Positions 27,625-39,835 of a DNA stretch of 64,000 nt are shown piece by piece. Both the position numbers and the translations under genes were made by a program. Positions within the stretch are counted from its first letter, which is position 1; every line of letters starts with the position of its first letter. The stretch comes from Geosiphon pyriformis uo1 (lineage: Eukaryota > Fungi > Glomeromycota): contig JAAOMT010000226.1 of assembly GCA_016748015.1 (NCBI GenBank), positions 664,604 to 728,603 on the forward strand. The letters run 5' to 3'. The notes beneath the pieces are model-generated. The model saw nothing but the letters and a program-made list of their open reading frames with translations. It had not been told where the DNA came from and ran no database searches.

Positions 27625-27878
27625 TTTGATTTTAGATTGAAAGATTCGAGTTTTATTTTTGAAAATGGAAGATTTCAAAGAAAGACTTGAAGGGAAAGTT
27701 TTAAAGAAAGTAAGATTAGGATAAAAAGGAGAAAATATTCTTCGAAATCAAAATGAGATCTTTTTTTGACCACAGGTCAAAGCCAATGCGCACAGCGTAT
27801 TTTAAAATGAACGTGAGCTGTAAGAGAGGCAAGCCAAACTTAGGATGAGAATTTTTTAAGGTTAGAAAAAAGGGCTGC

Positions 27879-27885
27879 TTTTATA
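27879..27885 (-). promoter_or_regulatory. Putative TATA box of DPBB C
   Basis: TATAAAA on minus strand; flanks (ggcaagcc, tagaaaaa, aaaacg, tctgcat) also occur upstream of DPBB A. Confidence 0.5.
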
Positions 27886-29060
27886 GCAAAACGAAAATTG
27901 TAGAACTTTTTGTTCTGCATCAAATAAAAATCATCAGGGATTTTTTTAAGGAAAACATTGCCCGAAAAGTAAAATCACCAAATAACCGAATTCTTTTTCA
28001 TGAGATATGCAGGATAAAATCTCATTTTTTCTTTTAAACAGTCAAAATTTTTCACTTTATTTTACTAATAATGAAGATATTTTAATTAATTATCCCTTTC
28101 ATGAATAAAAGGCAATTGTTCGCTATTTTCCGACAATATATTATTTTATGCAAGATGTGGATGGAGTAGAGGAGTCTCATTTCCGGGGAACAAGGCTATT
28201 TCAAATAATCCTATTTGGAATGTGACAGTTGTTGTCGACCTTTTAGAGAGAGAGAGAGAGAGCCAATGTGATGTGTGTGAGACGTGGCTGAGGAACGCCA
28301 CACGACAGAGTTGAGTAACGGGGGTTTTTGTCAACTACAAGTTGGCTGAAGTAGAATTTTATGGTACCAGAGTACCCCAATAATAAAAAACTGAATAAAG
28401 TAAAATTTTAATTAAATTGTCCCATTTTTTAGGTAAAGTCTTGTTTAAATCTCATTCTTTAAATGTTGTATGATTTCAAAGCATTATAAAACTTTGAAAA
28501 TAAATTCCCAACGAATTATTACTGCTTAATGTGCTTACAAACTTCAAAATAGTTTTGAATCATAATCACATTCTCAGCGATATTATGATTCCAAGGGTTT
28601 TTTGTAGACCAAGAGCCGAATCTGTTCAGAAATAAGGTTTAAACGTGCAGAGAAGGCTCAAAAAAACACTGCATACAACGCGATCATTGGTTCCCATTCA
28701 CTTTCTGAAACGTTTAATGTTATATAAAAACTGCATTTATTGCTCATAGTATTAAATGCTTTGTTTCAGAGAAAATTGAATTTTATATATTAGAAAATAT
28801 TTATACATTTTGAGGAGACAATTTTAATTTTGAGGTAAATATATACTACATGGGTTGATTTTAATATACTATGGTAAGAGGCGTACAAACAAATGGAAAT
28901 TACATTGCATCAACGGTGGTCTGAAGAATTTTCCCTTTTAATAAATCTAAACTTGGTCTTGTTGCAAAAAAGCTAACCAGTGCCTTTTTGCAGGGTAAAA
29001 ACTAAAAAAAAAAGAACGTTTCTATGTGTCTAAAAGTCAAAAAAGTACAATATGTTTTTT

Positions 29061-29582
29061 TTATATGAATTGCCATTGTATGGAGATTCGACCTCTCCCT
29101 TGATCCGCAATTTGTTTAAACATTGAGGGTGACATATCAACGTCTCCAGCTGCACATTCTGGACAACGATCATGAACAGTTCCTTCAACAGATTTTCCTT
29201 CAAACTCAATTCGAATTCGTTTTCCACATAAGGAATTATTATTTGGGTTTCCGTTTGGTGTGTATTGGTCAAAGAGAGGTGAACCAAGTGCAACAATAGC
29301 GGAATTATCGTTATCTGTAAAACCACATGCACCTAGACCTGGGTTATAGTAAGTGCCTTGACCGTTTCTTAGTCCTCCTAAACCGCTAGAGGAACTAGGA
29401 GTGGTATGCTTTTGCTGCTGCTTCGGCTTTGATGTCTTTTTTAATATCTTTTTTGTTGTCTTTTTCTTTGGCTGCTTTTTCTTTTTGTTGGCTTTCGAAA
29501 CTGGGGCTGCGTCCACTATCGTGTCAATTAATAGGATTAGGAATATAGAGAAGAGGAAGATTTTGTAGATATTGAAATTCAT
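29061..29582 (-). CDS. Secreted RlpA-like DPBB protein D with Lys-rich N-terminal extension
   Basis: Signal peptide, KANKKKKQPKKKTTKKILKK segment, GTYYNPGLGACG, NPNNNSLCGK, DRCPEC, DVDMSP. Confidence 0.9.
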   Translation of the reverse strand: MNFNIYKIFLFSIFLILLIDTIVDAAPVSKANKKKKQPKKKTTKKILKKTSKPKQQQKHTTPSSSSGLGGLRNGQGTYYNPGLGACGFTDNDNSAIVALGSPLFDQYTPNGNPNNNSLCGKRIRIEFEGKSVEGTVHDRCPECAAGDVDMSPSMFKQIADQGRGRISIQWQFI

Positions 29583-29823
29583 TTTTATTTTTATTTTACA
29601 AAGGTTTTTGGGGAGAATAAATTATTTTTGGTGGAAAGGATTAAACTTGTTGATAAATCTTTGAATTGATTTTTTTTTTTTGAAGATTTGAAAAGGTAGA
29701 ACTTCAACACCAGGCCAAAGTGATTACGCACAGCGTATACTAATAAACCGTGATGAATGATATTGAACAACGGAGAGAGTTGACGAGATAAAGAAATCTG
29801 ACGGTAAAGAAAAAAATGGACAT

Positions 29824-29830
29824 TTTTATA
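29824..29830 (-). promoter_or_regulatory. Putative TATA box of DPBB D
   Basis: TATAAAA on minus strand at a similar distance from the ATG as in A and C. Confidence 0.45.
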
Positions 29831-32800
29831 ACAAAAATGTAAAACCAAAAAAGATAGGAGAAAATTAGTGTTACCATTCACGAAAGATTTTTTTATGCCA
29901 TTAGGGGGATAATATGGGTTACCAAGATAGGTACTGTGTAGCCTACATGTCAGAAACACGCAGTGTACATCTTCAATCCGGAATATTCGACCGGTTTTTA
30001 ATGATTCTCTCATAGCTTTTTGAGGGTTGGAAAATGTTGATAATGTGTTGCAACATAATTTTTCATTTAGCTTTTCATTAAAGAAAGAGGTGGAAGAGTT
30101 ACAAGGATACCAAAGATTAATTATATATTGAATGGCAAGAAATCAATATTTATATTGTGAATAATTTCTTGGTAGAGCAAATGAATATTTGAAAATATTA
30201 ATAATTAAGGCGAATTAATTATAAAATATGTGATAAACCATCACTTTATCTGACCTCCTTTCGGAGCTTTCACTATATTAGACCCTTTCATTGACTTTTG
30301 GCCTGATAAATTTCAAAATTCGTGATCAAATTCACTAATTTTGTCATTGTACCATTCATCGTTTCAGGAAGGCTGATCATACCTAAAACTGGTATCTCCT
30401 GCTTTTTTTGAAGATGGTTTTTTTGTTTAGTTTCTAATCTCATTTAGTTGAATACGTTTGCTCGAGGAAATGAATCTGAAATTTTTCATAATAATTTGAG
30501 CCCAATAATAACAATTTAATTTAGTTGTAAAACTCAAAAATTAAATTAATTTTTATCATAATTTAATAGTACATAACGATAAACTTATATATTGGAACTA
30601 TTTTTGAAAAACCAGGTAAATTTTTTCTTTTTTTTCAGTTTTTGTATATTTCAATATTACTCGCAAATGATTAAATGAAATAAAGTTTATCATAGAATAT
30701 ATATTAAAAATATACGAATCTACGATTGAATTGAAAAAATTTTATTCACACTCATTGGAAATTGTATCATGAAAATCCTTGATGACGTTTCCCCATCTAT
30801 AGTTTACTAGTTTCACATCTATCATAAAGGTTCCCGGAAAAAGGATTTATTTTCGAAACCCCTTTAAAAGATACGCAATCAATTGAGCAATTTAATTACA
30901 TGAAATCTCTAAAGTAAAAAGGGTTTGTTTAGAAATTAACGTGCGACATTCAGTATCCAGGATAAGAGGTGTTTAGTGTGCAACGATCCCTTAACAATAA
31001 TTATTATGCTTGGCGTTTGTAGTGATCAAATTTGAAGCAAACAGTTTTATGATAAATTTGGTGAGATGATTTTTTTGTGAATTTGATCAATTTTTTTGCT
31101 TTGGTTAAGAACTTTTTAAAGCAATACAAGAAAGATTCAATAAGGATTTTATTCAAAATTTGGTTTCAATAAATACATATAGTTAAGTCTCAAAGGCTGT
31201 AAATGATAAATTTAAAGAAATAGGTTTCTCATTATAAATCTTAAATTTATAAAAATCATAAAGTACAATATATTATTTTTTTGCTGCAAAAAGATTCTAT
31301 CTATAAAGTTTCATAAGTCATGTTCTTATGAAAATTGAATTCTATAATCCTGTTTCGGATATTTTATCATTGTAAGCTTTTTTATCAAAATCTTCAAGGT
31401 ACATTTACAAAATTATAGATTAATGTATAAAAAAAATTTTCTATTACTGACACAAGGTACTGCAGAAGAACTTTTATAATTGTAAAATTATTTTTATCTT
31501 TCGTTATTACATTAATGCGATTTCTATTAGATTGAAAACATCTCGAAAGTTTCAGTTAATTTAAACACAGATATCTAAAATGAAAAAAAGTCTTTATAAT
31601 AAATATCTTTGAGAGTGTTACAATTAATTCATGTTTAAAAGACAAATGTTACGTTTAAAGAGGATATCATTTAAACTTTGAAACCTATTAAAATAAATTG
31701 TGTGTAAAAGTTTTGAGGCTAAACTTAGTAAAATTAGGTAGATCATGAATTTTTTGAGAGAAACCCGGGATTTCCAAGTTTTTAATTAAAAATAATAAAG
31801 AAACAAAAGTCCAGTTAAGATACACGGACTTGATCATAAAGGATTCCGGATGAAGTAAAAAGTGTTTAACCTTGACTAAATTAATAAAGTAATTATCAAG
31901 TGTTTAAACTTACCTATTTAGGCTAATAAGATGAGCACTCCTTAAAAAACAATGCTACGGCATCTCTTTACAACAATAACAATTAAATGTGACGTTATAA
32001 TAAAATAAATTATGCAGATTTTTTTCATGTTGCAAGATGCAAAAAGAATAAACAGACAAAGGTAATTATAGTTTTTGTCTTTAATAGAATAAGTTTAGAA
32101 AATATCTTGATGAAAAAAAGTGAAGGAATTCATTCAATTGGTCATTAAACATAAAAAAATATGAAAGCCAATAATATAAACAATATGGGGGTGCACTCCT
32201 CGGTTTTGTAGCCAATAAAGATGGAAATTTTTTTAATGTAAAAAAAATCAAGACAGACAGTTATTTTTCTGTTTGAAACTCTTAACTTTTGAGAGCTCTA
32301 TGCTGAATGAATAGCAGTTGCATTTACGAAAGCAAAAATTTTTTGTTCACATGTATCTTTTTTTTCTTTCAAAGGAAATTACTCTTTATCATTTTTTGAT
32401 CTGTGATTTGAATCAGGAAAGTCGACTCTAATTAAGATATATTTATTTGAAACAAAATTTTACTTTTCTAATAAATTGATTCATTCAAAACCTTTATTAA
32501 GAAATTTTAACAATTGAAACTGTATGGTAATCTTTTTTTAGATTTTTCATCTTTAGAACTTTTCAATACGATTGTTTAATTAAATAAAACTATTGGGATG
32601 CTGCAAAAAATCTCCTTTTTTTTTCTAGAGTTTGAATTCTTTGGCCTATCATTTATTTTCTTGAAGAGGAATTCATGTTGTTCTTCATTGATATACCCTA
32701 AAACATCATTTTAAAAGGATCGTGTAAATTTTTAGATTTGCGTTTAATTCTTTGTTCCTAATTAAAGAATTAAGAATTGGTCATTACCGGAGAAACATAG

Positions 32801-35800
32801 ATTGTTTCGCTAAGTTTGAAAAATACCATTTCTTGACGTTGAGTTAAATTTATTTATTTTATTCATTTATTTCTAATACTTCTAAGACCCTTGAAGTATC
32901 AGCTGTGCATAACGAACACATTAAAGTCTCCTACCTGGTACTGCTAGCCAGACTTCCAGTACGATATAATGATGAGAACTTAATTTCTTTAAAAAACCAT
33001 CTGACACAATCAGCCTCCAAGTTGTATCATTTAAAAATTATCAAGTTTGTTATGCTTCAGCCTTTTTAGGTTTTATGGAGCTTGAGGCTGAATTTATGTA
33101 CATGTACATTCATGCAAACAAATTATTCCATTCATTATTTTAAGGACTTTTTTCAAATTGTGACTCACACGTTATTTTGTGCGCTAGTAAAAACCTGACA
33201 TTAGAAATCATTATAGGGTTTCCAAATACATATACAACCGTGAAAAGCTATCTTTACTCTAAACCGGCTGGTTTTTTAACTGGTAAAAGTTTCTTACACT
33301 GATTAAAGGCATTGACAGATTGAACAGGAGCATTAGAAAAAAATATTAATATTGATAGTTTTACATTACATGTGAAACAAGGTCTCCCAATAATAAAAAT
33401 TTGCTGACATATTTATTTTTCAAAAATTTGAACTTTGAAAGAACTTGATTCTCATTAGGGAATCTGATTTTTTAAACTCTAAAATAGAAGAATTTTTCTC
33501 AAGTAAACTATCTGTTATAAAGCAATAGAAAATTTTTCAATTTATGAATATTTACATCCTAAAATTGTAAATTTAAATATACTCCCCCAATAATAAAGTT
33601 TTTCTCTTGAGGGTTAGAGATATATAGGTGAAAAAGACTTTGAATCCTTATTAATTACCACATGCGCTTTAGATCTTCTGTTTTTATATATTATATATGT
33701 TTTGAAAAAAGAATTTGGCTCCAAGAGTTATTAACTAACAATAAAAACTTGGAATGCCAAAAATTCTGGTTATTAGCTGAGAAATGAAGTTGAAAATTTG
33801 AGAGCTTTGAGCTTTACAATATGAATTTTGTTTTTTGTACATTATGATAGTCATATTGCTAATTATTCTATGCTCAATACTGCTTAGTAAACTTTACTTG
33901 GAAAGAAAATATTTCAAAAATTTTATTCATTCTATTTTTTTAATCGTGATGGGAGATCTTAATACTTTTTAAGTTGTATAAAGATTCGAAAAATACGGGA
34001 GAAAAACAAATAGCATAGATTAAAATTTGTTTTATCTAGCAATAAATAAAAACAAAACAATCTATTCTTTATGATAAATTTCCTAGAGTGCAATAGTGGG
34101 TTTTTTTTTAAAAAACTTCTTAATTTAAAGAAATTAATTATGTCTGCTTTTTGTACTCATGCATTCATTCCTTTATTAAATAATCTTTGCTTTATTAATA
34201 AGATTTTTTAATTATATATATGTATTCTATGTATGACTCATGATCGCAAAGAATTGATAATTGTAAAAATTAAATCTTATCATCGGATTATTTTCAAGAT
34301 TTAAAATTTTTTTCTAAAATGGATCTAAAAATAAATATAGATTTTCAAATCCAGTTTTAAGTATCGAGTAAAATTTTTTATGATAGTTAATATTGGTTTA
34401 GAGAAAGGGAACTTAAACATTAACCTTCAGATTTGTCTCCCCAAAAAAAAAAATAATCAATATTTTTTCTGGAATTCAAGATAAGACGTTTTTTTTACCT
34501 TTTTAAATTTCATACCACAGCCTCTCCATAAATGGTTGTTTTTTTTTATATTTCAAATAACAACATATTTATACACTGTCATTATACAAAAATAAAATTT
34601 GGGATTTCTCATTGAAAGAAAAAGATAAGATATCATTGTGAGAATATTTAAAAACTAAACTAAATACATTCAAGTATATAAACTTTAAAATCCTAAATAA
34701 TTTACTCAACCCAGATTTTTTAGTTTCGATATCATTAATTAAGGAAACCCGTATAAATTTGAATTTTTGTAAGAGACACAATCTTCCACGCGAAAAAATT
34801 TTAAAGCATTTTTTTTTTATAGATTATCTTGAATTGAGGAGAAATACAAACATTAATTTGCATCTGTTTTTAAAACTATCTTTTTACATGAATTGCATAA
34901 AATTTTGTGAACATTTTAATTCAACTATTATACACACATTGATACCGCTACATCTATTTCACAAAATTATTATTTAATTTTAATCTAAAATAAAAGATGT
35001 TTATTTATTAATGAAAGTTTCTGAAAGTATTTACTGTTTAAATTTCAAAGTATCAATTTTTTTAAAGTTTAGAATGCTTTTTGGAACATTCTTTTTGATT
35101 GATCAACTATTTAATTAATGGGGTATGGAATTATTAGCCTGAAATTTATTTTAAAGAAATTTAAATTTACTTTGAATGGTAATAAGGAAAGTCGAAGCCT
35201 CTTTAAAGAGATCGATTGAATGAGCTGATCCAAGGTGATTTTAAAATTTTAAGGGTTTGAAGATCAGAAAATTAAAATAATTTTTGGCTAATATCATGTT
35301 TCTGTAGCTACATCTCTCTCTCAAAAATTCTAATCTTTGAAAAAAGCAAACAAATAAGTACCCTTTGAAAAATGTAATCATATTATTTTAGAATCCAAAC
35401 CATTTTTTAAAGCTAGAATTCTAGAAACCAGATTTTTTTTAAGAAAAATAATGAAGTTGGATGCTATAATTAATTAGGCAAGTAAACTTTATTGATTATT
35501 AAAAAAATTAGTTTATTATTTTTACTAGACTTTTTCAATATAATCAAAGAATCCAGCCACATTCATTATACAAAAAGTTACATCTAAATTTTAAGGAGTT
35601 TTCTTTTATTACTGAAAAAGATCAAATATAAAAAAAAAACAATTACCAACATTCATATTGTGTTTTACTGTTATTCGATTGTAAGTTCATTTGATAATCA
35701 CCCTTAAACTAAACTTGCTCAGAAAGAAATTGAAAATAAAATCCTATTTTATTCAAACAATCAAAGCTAATGAATGAGGTTTTCTAAAAGAATTTCTAAA

Positions 35801-36989
35801 TAACTGTTCCACCCTAAATTATCCTAATTGAATGTCTGCGTATCTCATTGAATTCAAACTTTCAAGTACATTATTTCTTGACATAAGATTAAATCGATGA
35901 TTATCGTGCGAAATAGATCTTATTGTGGCTATGCCACTATTTGATTTTTTTTAGATTTAATCGGAAGTTCGAGATATCAAAAAGGGATTATCGAGACCAA
36001 AACATTTCTGTCAATAAAGATCAAGTTATTTGAGATACATTTTTAGCGCACCAAAACGTTGATCTTTGTTAGAATCTTCTTTCATGTTTAAAAATAACAA
36101 AGTTTTATCACAGAGCTAGAAAAAAAATTTAATACCTAGGAGGCTTTCTCATTCAATATAACGATTATGTAATTTTACATGCCATAAATACCTTCTCGAT
36201 CTGGAGTTTATCCTCTAGCCTAAAAGTTTAAAATTTTAACCTAAAGCTTTTGTGAAATTGATTTAAAAGAAAAATTATGAGAAAAGCTTCAATAAATCTT
36301 TTTTATATCTCAAAATAAATATATACAAAATTGAAAAAAAAAACAAAAAAGTTGAAAAAGATTACTTGAGCGAAAGTCTCCTAGGACTTTTACCAGGTTT
36401 TAAAAAGGCTTCTTGATCTCAAATAATCTTTCAAAAATATCAAATAGCTCTTTTCTGTTTCATTTTAATTTAATAATTTGATTATATTCCTAATCTATCA
36501 GAATTGTGATTAATTTAAAATAACTAAAATATTCTTTAAACATTGCATTTTTTCAAAACATATACTTATCACAAATATACTTTCTAAAAGAAAATCTTGA
36601 CTTTATCTCGTGAAAAGATCACCAAGATTTGAAGTTTTTATAAGTGTCATTAAACCTTTCGATTTGGAGCTTTCACAAGCTCTATTTGGCTATCAATTTT
36701 TAGCCTTATAATTATAAATGCTCTGCAATCTATATCTATTTTCAACGCTCAACAGGTTTAAAAATAAATTGATCATTCAAATTTTTTTTGTTTATTAATT
36801 TTCACATCGAATTAAGTAATCTCTGGCTACCATTTCATACATGAAATGATTATAATCAAAAGAAAATTGCCCGATTTGCATGTATAACCACTTCTTAAAA
36901 ATCAAAAATATCAAGTTTTCCCACTTTTTAACAAAAAAAAACTTACTTTTTACGACTCTTCAACATTATAATACTGTTGTGTAAAAAAA

Positions 36990-37850
36990 ATGACACCCAT
37001 TCGTACACAGTTAAACGAAATTGACAATCTCACTAAAATCTCAAAAATGCTTGGGCGTGACTTCACAACAATATGACGCTTTATTGACAAGTACTAAAGA
37101 ACAGGAAAAGTGAAACTTACCACGTTTTGGAAGACTAGAAATTCTTAGCAACCACGAAAAAAATTTACTAGTGTGTAAAGCCAACGAAAAACAACATACA
37201 CCACTCCATGAAATTGTCAACAATTAAGATTTAAAATGTGGTCGGTCAACTGCCACAAATGTACTCTACAACTCCGGACTTCACTCACGTATCGCAGCAA
37301 AAAAAATCTTATATCTCAGAAACACATGCTTATATTCACGTTAAGTGGGTGTGAGGAAAAAAAATAAAACTGCTTATAATTGGGCAAAAGTTATCTCCTC
37401 TGATGAGACGAGTGTGGAAATTGTGAAGTAATCACGGCAACCAAGTGTTTGGTGGCACACTTGAGAAATATTTAATGAAAATTGCTTAGCCCCTACTTTC
37501 AAAAGCAGACAAAAACCCATAATGGTTTGGAAGGTTTCGCTGAAGGATTAAAGGACCACTAATATTTTGTGGTGAATACAAAAAAAATGATGAAAAATAA
37601 ATGCAAATACATCAGAACGCTAACTGGAAGCTACGCAAGATAACGCGCCGATTCATACTGTGGGAAATATCAAGAAATCGCTGGTGAATTCGCCAGATCT
37701 GAATCCAATTGAGAACATTTGAAAGCTGTTGTGAAGAACAATATCCAAAACATGAAGTCTTTCCGAGGTCTGTTGTCGAAATTAAAGTTTGCGCTAAAGG
37801 AAGAATGGGAGAAATTCGATACCTCTCAATGCCAAGGAGGATTAATTAAA
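36990..37850 (+). mobile_element. Tc1/mariner transposase relic 1
   Basis: Broken motifs WAKVISSDETSVEI, PTFKSRQKPIMVW, QDNAPIHT, NSPDLNPIENI*, LKEEWEKF; stops, frameshifts, D-E spacing shortened to 23 residues; TIRs not found. Confidence 0.85.
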
Positions 37851-38589
37851 TAAAATTTTTTATTTAGTAAAAAATCAAGTAAATTCGCAAGGTATCAGAA
37901 TTTTTGCGTCCAATTTTGAATCTGACGTTACTTTTTGGGTACTATACATGAAAATAAATTTTTGGTTCTTTTAAATGAAAGCAAACTATTTTACATTCTG
38001 AAAATTTGGTTACAAGCAAAGTATAAAAATACTCATTTCAATAGGCAATTTAATCAAAATATGAAAAAAATTAAATGCTGTATTATATCCTGTTTAGCTT
38101 GAAGCATAAAAAAAATTTTAACTTTTACCAATTCTTGAATCCTTTAAACCTTATTTTGCAAAATTTTAAAGAATATTGAATAAAAATATTTACTCTATCT
38201 AAAAAAGATTAGATTATATATAAATTCAATAAAATTCAATTCACTTTTTTTTAAAGTCTTTGCCACTATATTTCATTACTTAATTCGAAATTAAAATTTT
38301 CTTTTAGTTGATTTCCAAAAAACTATATAGGCCTTGAAAAAACCAGGTTTAAAATTAAAATCAAATAAGAAACATTACCTGCAAATTCCATTTCATATAC
38401 TATCCTTTGTTTTATTATGTTATTTTGTGAACTATTATGAAAAAAAAATTAATTGAAAATTTTTCACCTTTAATCAAGTATATTTTTCTGCGTTCCGAAT
38501 TTCGGCAAGAAATTGAGATCCAAACCCAAATTTCTCAAAGTTGTGATGGCTATGAAATAACATTAATATCATTTTTCTCCTTCCAATTA

Positions 38590-39219
38590 ACCACTTTTCT
38601 TGGACAACCTAATTTATAAAATTGTTCGTAAAAAGCATATTAACAGATGGAAGACCTTGTATATTTTAATCAAAAAATCAGCATTAAAGTCTGAAGTTGA
38701 AAAATAACCCATATATTGGCTTGTAATTGGTGATTCACAAACCAGAACAATTTTCTTTCGTCCAGGAAAGTGCCAAACTTTTAATGTTGGTTGATTTAGA
38801 CAAAATGTACTTTCATCTGAAAATATAATTTAATTCTAGCCAAAAAATTTTACAATTTTTTAGGTTTGTCGGTGACTAGAAGTTTAGAAAGCTTAACCAT
38901 ATATTTACCCTCACCCTCACCCTCTCACTTGAAGGTCGTTAAATGGTGTCTACACTAATGTTAGCCTTTCCTTTTTTCATTTCCCGTTGTATACCAGTGG
39001 CGGCTATATTAATTACCTTTTTTTGCAAGTTGTACAATTTTGACACCTTGCTTTGGGTTCTCGGCCAGATTGTGGTTGGTCACTGAGTTTTTTTGTTTCC
39101 TCTCCTCTTTTAACCCAGTAAAGGGCTGTAGTTTTATCTAAAATAGATGTACTTCCAAGTTTGGGCTTTTAAGATGTTTATTTAAAAAGGATTTCGTATT
39201 GGAAGAGCATTTATGACAT
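38590..39219 (-). mobile_element. Tc1/mariner transposase relic 2
   Basis: Minus strand reads YWVKRGEETKKLSDQPQSGR, TGIQREMKKGKANISVDTI, IIFSDESTFCLNQPTLKVWHFPGRKKIV, NIW; heavily disrupted and 3' truncated. Confidence 0.75.
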
Positions 39220-39835
39220 TGGGCTCAAAGTTACTGCGGGTCAGATAATTTTGCAATGTGCTTTATTTTTTTCCAAAGTGGTAAAAATTAATGACTATAT
39301 AGCTTTTAAAAAATGCACGAAATCAAAAATTTTTTAAGGTTTCTATTTATCAATTCATAAACTAAATAAAACGATATTTCATTTCCTTAAAAGAATTCAA
39401 TTTTCAATTTTAAAAATCAATATAAATTCGAAAAACCTTTAAGTTACCCAGTGAATTTTGTATTTAATCTTGCCATATTCAATCACTAAGATATTAGTTG
39501 GAAAAATGAAAAACCTATTTTCACATATGAATCAAAATTTTTGAGTACTAGTTTTACTTAACTATATCATTCGTGATCAATAAGAGAAAAATAGATAAAA
39601 ATGGTCGTTTTAAAACACACGGATGACCGGAAACTTGTTAAATCTAATGAGAGGTATTATCAAAAAAATTTCCCATTGAGAATCTACATTTATCTAAACG
39701 ATATTTTTTTTTGCCTCATTTTATAAATCTAACTCATAAGGGATATTTATAAAAGGGACAAATTTGCGTAATATTAATGATTTATTATCGTCTTTCTATC
39801 TTAAGATTAAAAAATTAATCAGCATTATAAATTGT

